Source: Nitrospinales bacterium
GTDB taxonomy: Bacteria > Nitrospinota > Nitrospinia > Nitrospinales > VA-1
Reading direction: 5' to 3'
Length of the DNA stretch: 64,000 nt
Assembly (NCBI GenBank): GCA_965223795.1
Contig: CBDCXL010000002.1
Span: 1,504,001-1,568,000, forward strand
Positions 40,246 through 49,099 of the stretch are shown here, in pieces. The stretch's first letter is position 1. Each line of letters begins with the position of its first letter. The notes beneath the pieces are model-generated. The model had not been told where the DNA came from. It ran no database searches and was given only the letters and a program-made list of their open reading frames with translations. Made by a program: the position numbers and the translations under genes.

Positions 40246-41538
40246 CTATTTCGTCCACCCACAGGCCTTTGCCGCCACCTTCACGGAAGACACCTTCATG
40301 TCGCATTGGCTCTCAATGAAATTACAAAAACCGTCCGGACCGCCTCGCCAGGCAAAAGTGTATTGCTTTCCGCGGGCGCCCTCTTTCACGATCCGCTTGG
40401 CTTCCTTGCGGGCTCGTTTGATTCTGCTTTCATAGTCGTAGTCCGGTGGATGCTTTTTATCGAACGGCAATCGCGTGCCCACCGTATAGAGGAACTCGAC
40501 ATAACCGTTTTTACCGGGATTTTTTGACTGCAAAACATTGAATTCCGTGCCCGCTTCTTTAGAAAAGAGATAACCCGAATACAAATGGCATTTTCTTTTA
40601 TCGGAAACACCATCCCCCGAAACCACCTTCCCCCCGCCCGCAGTACCGCCGGAAGTTCCACCACCGGATGTGTCAATGGGAGGAATTGGCGGAGGGGGCG
40701 GTGTCCAGTCGTCCAGAGAACATATCAAACAGTCCCTGGTTGCCGGGTCGATTTCTGTGTGGAAGTCACCGGATTCACCGGTCAGGGTGCAGGCTCTGCC
40801 GGTGTCCCTGGTGAGGATGTTTCCTTTACGATCCGAAAAACGCATCCTCATCCAGTTGGAACAACGCCCCCTGGAAGAACCACCCTGGGCGACCTTGCCG
40901 CCACCGGGTGAACTCCCTGGAGAGGAAACGCCTCCGGCCACTACAGGATCTTTGATTGTCGTTGTGGGTGTCTTTTTACCCGCGGGGACTTTTCCTCCTT
41001 CAGCGCCCCCAGGCACCTTCGAGGAAATTGGAGATTTGATTTTTCCACCCAGCACATGGTAGAGCGGCCCGGTTGGAAGGGCTCCATTGATGAGGCGCTT
41101 CACTTCTTCGTCGTGCATTCCAAAAGCCGCCTGCATCATCGCCCTGAATAATTGGCCCTGTTCCTCGGGCGTCCTCAATTCTTTAAGAGCGATGATTTGC
41201 TCAAGGCCCATTTGCACACAATCAAACGCGGCCCTGCGCCCGGGTTGGCCCTGAACGGCGTTTGCCAGCCGGCCCAATGCATGCCCCATCATTATCCAAC
41301 TCGTTACGTCTCCAAAAAGATGTTCTTCTCCACTGACACTTTTGCCGAAATATTCGGTGTGCAGGACCTTCTTAAATTCTCTAAAGACTTGCGAATCCTG
41401 TGGGGACGATGTGGGGCATAAATTGGCGTGGCTCAGGGATGAAGACAGGAAAAAAACGGCCCCTGAAAAGATAATTGCGGTGAGGACGGATTTTTTACAA
41501 TGCATTGTGAATCCCTTCCCGATCCAAAATAAAATCAA
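40246..41538 (-). CDS. Secreted Cys-rich multi-domain protein (likely start 41505)
   Basis: Signal peptide ending SHA; extra helical N-domain; the same two modules as 39508-40185. Confidence 0.78.
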   Translation of the reverse strand: MILFWIGKGFTMHCKKSVLTAIIFSGAVFFLSSSLSHANLCPTSSPQDSQVFREFKKVLHTEYFGKSVSGEEHLFGDVTSWIMMGHALGRLANAVQGQPGRRAAFDCVQMGLEQIIALKELRTPEEQGQLFRAMMQAAFGMHDEEVKRLINGALPTGPLYHVLGGKIKSPISSKVPGGAEGGKVPAGKKTPTTTIKDPVVAGGVSSPGSSPGGGKVAQGGSSRGRCSNWMRMRFSDRKGNILTRDTGRACTLTGESGDFHTEIDPATRDCLICSLDDWTPPPPPIPPIDTSGGGTSGGTAGGGKVVSGDGVSDKRKCHLYSGYLFSKEAGTEFNVLQSKNPGKNGYVEFLYTVGTRLPFDKKHPPDYDYESRIKRARKEAKRIVKEGARGKQYTFAWRGGPDGFCNFIESQCDMKVSSVKVAAKACGWTK

Positions 41539-41679
41539 TGTCTGGCGGAGTGTTTTCTACTGTAACAAAATTTGATGCAAAATTTCCCCGCAATTCAGGG
41601 TAAATTTTAAAGAAAAAGAGTGAGACCTGACCATTAAGGTGAGAATGTGCAGCTTGAAAAACCCAACTCATTGATAAAG

Positions 41680-41880
41680 CAGTGACTTGTGGGGGCAGCG
41701 CTCCCCCTCGGGGCATAGTGAGTAAGGACGCTAAAGCCGGGTCGCAGCAACCACCCATCTCACCGGCGCACACCGGGTTTGCCGGAAACCTCTAAAGGAA
41801 TGGTTGATCTCGTGCTTCCGGACAGGGGTTGTGACTTGCCGTGACGGTTTCATCTCCCGGTCCTCTTTCGCCATGCCAGA
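41680..41880 (-). ncRNA. Candidate structured non-coding RNA (IS110 non-coding-end / bridge-RNA-like); strand uncertain
   Basis: Nested complementarity: 41712-18/41871-77, 41725-29/41860-64, 41738-41/41856-59, 41748-56/41798-806, 41763-66/41773-76; GC-rich island in AT-rich intergenic DNA. Confidence 0.5.
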
Positions 41881-41989
41881 AATGCAGGCCCCATTATCCT
41901 GATTCCCATTAAATATAGAATTTTCATTCCGAAATCCAATAATGCGCTCCTTTGGCGCATTGCAATTTTGGTGATTCTACAAAAACTCC

Positions 41990-42018
41990 TTGACTCCAAA
42001 GCGGTTCTCTCCTAAATT
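41990..42018 (+). promoter_or_regulatory. Putative sigma70 promoter giving a near-leaderless uORF mRNA
   Basis: TTGACT-N17-TAAATT, ending 9 nt before ATG 42028; no SD. Confidence 0.55.
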
Positions 42019-42027
42019 TTCTGGATC

Positions 42028-42432
42028 ATGAAACATTCCATCAACGCGGCACTCTTTCTCTATTTGGCATTGGGCCTTTGGGTTTCCGGAGTCAGTGCGT
42101 CTCCATTTCATCACCACGATCACAAAAAACCCGATTCCGTGATGGTGAAAACCCAAACGAAAACCGCTTGCCCGATGGACCATCACCTGCTGGGGCTGCC
42201 GTGCCCGCATTCGCAAAAGCATAAGGACAAAAAGAAATGCATCATCACACGCGACTGCGGGGCTCATTCGGGATCGACGCCGGGTTCGGTCGATTTTTCC
42301 GAGTCGCTTTTCTTTGCTCCAGACCAGGCTGCTTTGACTTTGGCCGACCTGTCCCGAAAGGTTTATGGCCTGCCCTCAACCTACACATTTCGTTTCCCCT
42401 TCCAGTTGGACCACCCTCCTAAATCTCTCTGA
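42028..42432 (+). CDS. DUF2946/CruR-like His/Cys-rich leader protein
   Basis: Signal/TM segment, HHHDH, CPMDHH..CPH..C....C, C-terminal HPP; directly upstream of a TBDT. Confidence 0.7.
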   Translation: MKHSINAALFLYLALGLWVSGVSASPFHHHDHKKPDSVMVKTQTKTACPMDHHLLGLPCPHSQKHKDKKKCIITRDCGAHSGSTPGSVDFSESLFFAPDQAALTLADLSRKVYGLPSTYTFRFPFQLDHPPKSL

Positions 42433-42648
42433 CTTTTTTATTCTTCGTATTCCCAAATTTTTCTCAGGTTCTTTCACGTGCTGAATGGATGCGCCTGCAT
42501 TTTCTGCACGGGGAATCTTATTCTTTCGGATTCACGGTTTCGTCTGCTTTGCTCAAGATGCCGATGTATTCACAGCCTTGGATTTTTTGGGAGATTTTTC
42601 AAATGAGGATCATTGCATCTTGCAGTGAAAAAAGTTGGGAGAAAATTC

Positions 42649-44778
42649 ATGTGTTGTCCGAACAAGGTAACTTTCAGGGCGATCGCCCTGCTCGCTTTAT
42701 TCAGTTTCGTGTTTGTTCCGCCCATATTTGCGGCGGATGAGGAAAGCCCAAAAGTTCTGCCGGAAGTTCTTGTAGAAGCTCCGAAAGCAAAACTAAAAGA
42801 AAGCGCTGCAACTTCCATCGGGACTTTTGAGGCCACGGAAGGAACGTTGACGGTTCCCAGCAATTTCGAAGCCGCAAAAATAATCGAACGGACCGCGGGC
42901 GGAGCCGCGGTGGTGGACAGCAAGGTTTTTGAAAAGGATTTCAGCCAAAACTTTGAGGACACGCTTTCCTTTGTTCCCGGTGTGTATGCGACAAAGCGTT
43001 TTGCCGAAGAGGTGCGCATTTCCATCCGGGGCTCCGGCATTGAGCGCAACTTTCATCAAAAGGGCCTCGCCACGTTCCAGGACGGCATTCCTTTCAATTC
43101 GGCCGACAGCAGCGGCGATTTTCAGGAGATCGACAATCTGACCTTGCAGCGTATCGAGGTGTTCAAGGGCGGGAATGCCTTGCAGTATGGCGGCACGTCG
43201 ATCGGGGGTTCCATCAACATGATCTCCAAGACCGGCCAAAGCCATCCCGGGCACCAACTGCGCTTCGACCTGGGTTCGGACGACACTTATCGCGGCAATA
43301 TTCAATCGGGACTTAAGTTTGGTAAAACCGACTTGTTTTTCAGCATCACGGGATTGAAGAGCAATGGGTTCCGGGTGCACGCCGATCAGGAATATTTAAA
43401 GTTCAACTCGAACCTGGGAATCAAACTCTCGGAAACCGCGGAGACACGCTTTTATTTTTCCGCGAACACGATCGAGCTCGAACTCCCCGGAACGGTGACC
43501 CGGTCCTCCGCATTGAACAAGCCGGTGGACGTGCGGGCTTCCGTCATCCGGGACGATGAACATCGGGATATCGATTCTTTCCGGCTGGCAAATAAAACCA
43601 CGTTTGACCTGGGCGGCGGCAAATTGCTGGATGTCGGGGCGTTTGCAACGATCAAATCGTTGTTCCACCCGATCACTTCTTTTGTCGGGGTGATCGACCA
43701 GGACAGCCACAATTACGGGGTCTTCGCGCAGGGCTCGGGTTCATACAACACCGGAGATTATTCAAACCGTTTTCGCCTGGGAGTCACCACGCATTTCGGC
43801 AAAACGGATGCGAAAGTATTTGCCAATGTCGGCGGCCGCCGGGGAGCCTTGACTTCCGATACGGATCAGTCCGCCTACAACATCGTGGTGTATGGCGAAA
43901 ACCAGTTTTATGTCAATCCCAAGCTGGCGCTCATCGCCGGCGGGCAATTTGTCTGGGCGCACCGCGATGTGTTCGATGAGTTGACGCCCAGCGAGACGGA
44001 CAGCGAGACATTCGAATCTTTCAATCCCCGCATTGGAATTCTCTATAACCACACGCCGACAGTCCAGTTTTATGCAAACTACACCAGAAGTTTTGAGCCG
44101 CCTGATTTTAGCGATTTAACGCAGGGCGGAACCTCGGGTTTCATCAATCTGGACGCACAGAAAGCATGGACCTTTGAAATCGGCACGCGCGGTCAGCACA
44201 GTATTTTCGACTGGGAATTGACGTTATACCGGGCGTGGCTTGACGACGAGCTTTTGAAGTTCACCGTGGGCGGCGGCATACCGGCTACCGGATTCAATGC
44301 GGACGACACCATTCATCAAGGTGTGGAAGCCGGTCTGGGCATTGTGCTGGCAAAGAACCTGCTATCCGGCGGCGATCGCCTGAAGTGGAGCAACGTTTAT
44401 ACCTACAGTGATTTTTATTTTGATGACGATGCGCAATTCGGGGACAACGACATCCCGGGTGTGCCTCCCCATGTGTACCGGACGGAACTTCGGTATGACC
44501 ATCAGGAAAAGTGGTATGTGGCGCTCAATGCGGATTTTGTCAGTGAAGCGGATGTGGATTTCACCAACACGTTCTCGGCGCCGGGCTATTCCCTGATGGG
44601 CTTTGGAGCCGGGTATGAGGTGAATGAAAAAGTCAGCTTGTTCCTGACCGGGCGGAACCTGTTTGACACGGAGTACATTTCCAACTTTTCCACAGCGGTG
44701 AGCGCCACACCCACTTCGGCGCTTTTCTATCCCGGAGATGGCAGGCGGTTCTTCGGTGGGGTCACTTTGAGGTTTTGA
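42649..44778 (+). CDS. TonB-dependent outer-membrane receptor
   Basis: TonB box EVLVEA, plug motif ISIRG...RIEVFKG..ALQYG...GGSIN, C-terminal NLFD..Y...GRRFFGGVTLRF. Confidence 0.95.
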   Translation: MCCPNKVTFRAIALLALFSFVFVPPIFAADEESPKVLPEVLVEAPKAKLKESAATSIGTFEATEGTLTVPSNFEAAKIIERTAGGAAVVDSKVFEKDFSQNFEDTLSFVPGVYATKRFAEEVRISIRGSGIERNFHQKGLATFQDGIPFNSADSSGDFQEIDNLTLQRIEVFKGGNALQYGGTSIGGSINMISKTGQSHPGHQLRFDLGSDDTYRGNIQSGLKFGKTDLFFSITGLKSNGFRVHADQEYLKFNSNLGIKLSETAETRFYFSANTIELELPGTVTRSSALNKPVDVRASVIRDDEHRDIDSFRLANKTTFDLGGGKLLDVGAFATIKSLFHPITSFVGVIDQDSHNYGVFAQGSGSYNTGDYSNRFRLGVTTHFGKTDAKVFANVGGRRGALTSDTDQSAYNIVVYGENQFYVNPKLALIAGGQFVWAHRDVFDELTPSETDSETFESFNPRIGILYNHTPTVQFYANYTRSFEPPDFSDLTQGGTSGFINLDAQKAWTFEIGTRGQHSIFDWELTLYRAWLDDELLKFTVGGGIPATGFNADDTIHQGVEAGLGIVLAKNLLSGGDRLKWSNVYTYSDFYFDDDAQFGDNDIPGVPPHVYRTELRYDHQEKWYVALNADFVSEADVDFTNTFSAPGYSLMGFGAGYEVNEKVSLFLTGRNLFDTEYISNFSTAVSATPTSALFYPGDGRRFFGGVTLRF

Positions 44779-44841
44779 GTGAATACAGGATACTTTTCTT
44801 ACGTGCAGCTTTCATCTTTTTGGCTTGAAAGGAGATGAGTC

Positions 44842-46146
44842 GTGTTTAAGACCAGGCACAAAAAAATACTCCTTGGTTTTGTTTTATTGCTATTCAGCAT
44901 TTTCACCGCCGGCTTTGTTCAAAAATCACCCGGCTCAAACGCTTCGATAACGGCTGTAAAATCCAGTCCTGAAAACGGTGCGGGTCTGGTGAACTGGGAA
45001 AGCACGCCGCGTGTGGTCGGTCAGGGCAACGGGCTGCAACTGATGCTGAAAACTTCGGAAAGCATGAATTTCATCTATGCCGCCCACAAAGACAACGGGG
45101 GACAGGATCTTTTTTATATGAGTTCTCATAATGTGGGTGACACCTTTTCCAATCCCTATTCCATCAATAAGGATCCCGGGGAAGTCAGTGCCCACGGAGA
45201 AAACGGTCCTTTGCTGAGAAAGGGTGCCGGGATTGAAATGTACGCGTTCTGGCAAGGCGGAAAGGATTTGAAGTTTGCCCGCTCCTTGAATTTTGGACGC
45301 AGTTTCACCCCTCCCATCAAAGTGAATGATGATGCCGAGGGCTATCATTCGTTTCAAACCATGGAAGTCGCTCCGGACGGAACCATCTACGTGGCCTGGC
45401 TGGATGGCCGCGACAAGAAAACCAACCCGCCAGGAACCGGCTCGCTTTACATAGCAAAATCGGTCGACCGGGGAGCGTCGTTCGGCAAAAACATCAAGGT
45501 GTCCGGTGCGATCTGTCCCTGCTGCCGGCCGGCGATCGCTTTCGACGACTCCGGACAGGTGTTCATTTCCTGGAGACACGTTTATGAAAACCACAATCGC
45601 ATCATCGTGATGGCCCGTTCCCAGGACAAGGGAGAAACCTGGTCTAAAGCCATCCGGGTCACTGAGGATGGCTGGAAGATCAATGGCTGCGCGCATTCCG
45701 GGCCTGCGATGGGTTTTGCGGACGGGAAATTGTTCGTGACCTGGTTCAGCGGCGCGGAGAACAAATCCCGTCTGCGTGCGGCTGTATCTTCTGACTCCGG
45801 CCAGAGCTTTCAATACCTGGGTGAGATCCAGAGGAGCGTTCTCGATGCCAACCATCCGGACATTAAAATGATCGACAATGAAGCCTGGGTCATTTTTCAG
45901 GGACGGGATCCCGGTGTGGCCAGGGGATGGGGGCCGATTCGCCCCTGGGTCACGAAGATCGCGGCAAACGGAGAATTCTCCGAACCTGAAAAACTCCCTT
46001 TTCTGGGGAACAGCGTGTCTTATCCTTTGCTGTTTTCGGGAACCGGTGGAAGGGTTTACGCAACCTGGACGGAACATTCTAAGGATGGCCAAAAGGCGGT
46101 CCTTTGCCGGGGAAGGTTGACGAACAGCTCAGTCATGCAGCCTTAA
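44842..46146 (+). CDS. Exported BNR/Asp-box (sialidase-like) protein with a CPCC motif
   Basis: Asp boxes SVDRGASF, SQDKGETW, SSDSGQSF; ICPCCR and WKINGCAHSGP. Confidence 0.85.
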   Translation: MFKTRHKKILLGFVLLLFSIFTAGFVQKSPGSNASITAVKSSPENGAGLVNWESTPRVVGQGNGLQLMLKTSESMNFIYAAHKDNGGQDLFYMSSHNVGDTFSNPYSINKDPGEVSAHGENGPLLRKGAGIEMYAFWQGGKDLKFARSLNFGRSFTPPIKVNDDAEGYHSFQTMEVAPDGTIYVAWLDGRDKKTNPPGTGSLYIAKSVDRGASFGKNIKVSGAICPCCRPAIAFDDSGQVFISWRHVYENHNRIIVMARSQDKGETWSKAIRVTEDGWKINGCAHSGPAMGFADGKLFVTWFSGAENKSRLRAAVSSDSGQSFQYLGEIQRSVLDANHPDIKMIDNEAWVIFQGRDPGVARGWGPIRPWVTKIAANGEFSEPEKLPFLGNSVSYPLLFSGTGGRVYATWTEHSKDGQKAVLCRGRLTNSSVMQP

Positions 46147-46192
46147 ACGAGATAATAGAGCCCGGTTGCCTTGATAACTGGACTTTGATTTA

Positions 46193-47485
46193 TTGGGATT
46201 CGGATTTTTGTACATGGTGAAGCTTGTGAGAATAAATTTATATTTCAGGCAATACTGGAAATTGCCCCCCTTTCTATTTGCAGCCCTGATAGCTTCACTC
46301 ACCTTCATTGCAGATGCCCACGCCACGGAACCAAAGTCCATTTTGCTCAAGGCGGATCGCATATTCGACGGCCATAGCTTTAAATCGGATATTGCAATAA
46401 CGGTCAAAAATGGAGTCATTGAAAATATTGATCCTGGTGATTCGCAACCACCCTCTAATGTGAAGGTTGTTGATTTAGGCGATGCGACGATTCTACCTGG
46501 CTTCATTGAATTGCACGCACATCTCTCTTTCCAAAAAGTTCCAGAGGATACCGTACTAAAGCATGGAATCACGACAATTCGGGATTTAGGCGGCCCCGTT
46601 CATAAGCCCTATGGCGGCAACGGGCGTTTGCGGGTGCTGACTTCCGGACCGATCATCACAGCTCCCGGCGGATATCCCATTCCCATTCTTGACGCTACGA
46701 ATATCGCAATCGCTGTTTCAAACGAAAAAGAAGCGCGAAATGCGGTTCGCAAACTTATCCTTGGGGGAGCTGTCGTCATTAAGGTCGCATTGGAACCTGG
46801 GGGGGAAGCGGGCGCCCCCTGGTCTTCATCTCACGGTCACCATCGTCATGATCAACCGAAAATAGATCATGGAAACTCTCATCGGCGCCCCGGACACAAT
46901 GATTTTCATATGCCGCAAAAATGGCCGCTGTTGCCGGAAATGATTGTGAAAGCCATTGTGGATGAAGCGCATAAAAACAACCGCAAGGTAACCGCCCACG
47001 TCGCAGAAGAAAAAGGAGTGCAAATCGCCATCAACTCGGGCGTCGATGAATGGGCGCACATGCCTTGTGAAGTGATCCCCGTTTCTCTTCTAAAATTAGC
47101 TAAAGATAACAATGTAAGAATCGTGAGCACATTAGACACTTTGTCGAAATGTCCAGGAGTGGCGCACAACTCAGCGGCCTGGAAGTCGTTGGGTGGCGAG
47201 TTGTTGTATGGCGCTGAAATCGCTCATCCGGACATTCCCTGGGGAATCGATGCACAAGAACTGCTCTATTTCATGATAGTGGCAAGAATGAGTTTTGTGG
47301 ATACCCTGCGCGCCGCAACCTCAAAAGCAGGACTTCACCTGAATTTACCACTTTTAGGAACCTTAAAGCGGGGCGCTCCTGCTGATATTATCGCTGTCAA
47401 AGGCGATCCATCACAAAATTTAAAACTTCTTGAGTACCCTGATCTTGTCATCTCAGGCGGTGAAATAATTGTCAACAACTTCTGA
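46193..47485 (+). CDS. Amidohydrolase superfamily protein with a His-rich insert (start uncertain)
   Basis: PGFIELHAH, GITTIRDLG, VIK, TAH, WAH, G.PADIIAV.GDP. Confidence 0.88.
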   Translation: MGFGFLYMVKLVRINLYFRQYWKLPPFLFAALIASLTFIADAHATEPKSILLKADRIFDGHSFKSDIAITVKNGVIENIDPGDSQPPSNVKVVDLGDATILPGFIELHAHLSFQKVPEDTVLKHGITTIRDLGGPVHKPYGGNGRLRVLTSGPIITAPGGYPIPILDATNIAIAVSNEKEARNAVRKLILGGAVVIKVALEPGGEAGAPWSSSHGHHRHDQPKIDHGNSHRRPGHNDFHMPQKWPLLPEMIVKAIVDEAHKNNRKVTAHVAEEKGVQIAINSGVDEWAHMPCEVIPVSLLKLAKDNNVRIVSTLDTLSKCPGVAHNSAAWKSLGGELLYGAEIAHPDIPWGIDAQELLYFMIVARMSFVDTLRAATSKAGLHLNLPLLGTLKRGAPADIIAVKGDPSQNLKLLEYPDLVISGGEIIVNNF

Positions 47486-47559
47486 TACCAGCGGTCATTT
47501 GTAATGACGGAAACTGTTTTGACCAAAGCCCTGAAGGCCAAACGACTAAGGAGTCCATA

Positions 47560-48237
47560 ATGTTCGATTTCATTCAATCCGCATTCAGTCTGGTGGGCAA
47601 GGGGGGAATCATCATGGTCCCCATCCTCGTGTGCTCGGTCATCGCGTTGGCCATCGTCATCGAAAGATTGTATTTCATCCGGACGACGCAGGAAAACCCA
47701 GAACAGACTCTTCGACAATTTAATGATACGTTGAGAAACAACCCGCTCGCCCACGAAACGCAGGATCTTCAAGGCACGCAGGATTCCCTGAAGCGGATGA
47801 TCCTCGCGGGATTGCGCCTGAAGGGTCTGCCTCGATGGAAGATGGAGGAACGGCTTACCGAAGTCGGGCAGGAAGAAATCAACAGGCACAGCAAATACAT
47901 CCGGGGTCTGGAAGTGATCGCGAGCATCACGCCGCTGCTGGGACTGCTGGGCACCGTCATCGGAATGGTCCAGGCCTTCAACAAGGTGGCGGATCACAAG
48001 GGGATCGTCGATCCCAGTCTTTTGGCCGGCGGGATCTGGGAGGCGCTGCTGACCACCGCCGCGGGATTGTCCGTGGCGATTCCGACGATGGTCGTGCTGC
48101 ATTATTTCAACCGCAGAACGGAATCGATCACTTTCAATCTTGAGAAATGCGGCCGCATGCTGATCCACCACCACTACGATGAAAAAGAAGGACAACATCA
48201 CACAGACGAGCGGAAACGCGAATTGGTCGAAGCCTGA
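47560..48237 (+). CDS. exbB: ExbB/MotA/TolQ proton channel
   Basis: PLLGLLGTVIGM, GIWEALLTTAAGL.VAIP. Confidence 0.93.
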   Translation: MFDFIQSAFSLVGKGGIIMVPILVCSVIALAIVIERLYFIRTTQENPEQTLRQFNDTLRNNPLAHETQDLQGTQDSLKRMILAGLRLKGLPRWKMEERLTEVGQEEINRHSKYIRGLEVIASITPLLGLLGTVIGMVQAFNKVADHKGIVDPSLLAGGIWEALLTTAAGLSVAIPTMVVLHYFNRRTESITFNLEKCGRMLIHHHYDEKEGQHHTDERKRELVEA

Positions 48238-48273
48238 CACCGGAAAAACTTTAAAGATATCAGGGCGCCTTCA

Positions 48274-48660
48274 ATGCAATTGACTCGCAACAGCCGAAAA
48301 AAAAACCGGTTGGATATCACCCCGTTGATCGACGTGGTCTTTCTTTTGCTGATTTTTTTTCTTTTGACTTTTGCGGTTCAGGGACAGGGAATAGACATTC
48401 AACTGCCGGGATCAGGCTCTGGATCGGTAAATGACCGGGCCCCGTTGACACTGGTTGTGAATCAGGATGGCTCGCTGGGTTTGGATGCAAAGCCGGTTGG
48501 GTTTGACTCCATCGTGCAGGAGCTGGAAAACAAATTTGCCGACAGGAATGACCGAAGCCTGGTCGTCGATGTGCATAAAACGGTCGAGTACGACGTGTTT
48601 GTCCGTGTTCTGGATCTGGCAAAAAAAGCAGGTGCGGAGAACTTCTCGATCATTCGATAA
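48274..48660 (+). CDS. exbD: ExbD/TolR
   Basis: ITPLIDVVFLLLIFF. Confidence 0.93.
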   Translation: MQLTRNSRKKNRLDITPLIDVVFLLLIFFLLTFAVQGQGIDIQLPGSGSGSVNDRAPLTLVVNQDGSLGLDAKPVGFDSIVQELENKFADRNDRSLVVDVHKTVEYDVFVRVLDLAKKAGAENFSIIR

Positions 48661-48691
48661 CGGTGCATTGGAGTCCTAAAACAATCAGCCC

Positions 48692-49099
48692 ATGATACAG
48701 CTGCGGAAAGAATCCAAAGAGAAAGAATTTTTCAAGCTCGATCTGGCTCCCATGATCAATATTGTATTTCTTTTGCTGATTTTCTTTCTGCTGACTTCGT
48801 CGGCCATCAAGCAGGGGAATGCAGTGGACCTGCCGCAGGCGGAATCCGCGGATTTCAAAGCAGGGAAGGAGATCGTCATCAGCCTGGCAAAGGATCACCC
48901 GCTGCAGCTGGACCGGCGGGAAATTTCACTTGACGGCTTGTCAAAATCATTAACCGCAGCCCTGAAAACCGGAAATGACAATGTGGTGACGATCGAAGCC
49001 GACAAGAAAATCGAGTTTGACCGTGTGGCGGAAATCATCGACATCGCAAAACAGGCCGGGGCGGTGGATTTCATCCTCGCCACGGAACCCAACGATTGA
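48692..49099 (+). CDS. exbD: ExbD/TolR, second copy (TM Asp replaced by Asn)
   Basis: LAPMINIVFLLLIFF, VDLP.A, IEADK. Confidence 0.9.
   Translation: MIQLRKESKEKEFFKLDLAPMINIVFLLLIFFLLTSSAIKQGNAVDLPQAESADFKAGKEIVISLAKDHPLQLDRREISLDGLSKSLTAALKTGNDNVVTIEADKKIEFDRVAEIIDIAKQAGAVDFILATEPND

Noticed and set aside
41700..41880. c-di-GMP-I or cobalamin riboswitch, or group II intron fragment
   Set aside because: Partial words (ggacgctaaagcc, ggcaaacc, gtgcgcc) occur, but not in the required order or structure; no B12 box or domain V
24587..41900. tmRNA-integrated island containing the polysaccharide cluster
   Set aside because: The position and composition are suggestive, but I found no integrase and no duplicated tmRNA 3' end in the window
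44935..46092. Long antisense ORFs (also 33644-34699, 16786-17649, 57271-58188)
   Set aside because: Antisense or alternate-frame shadows of well-supported genes in GC-rich DNA
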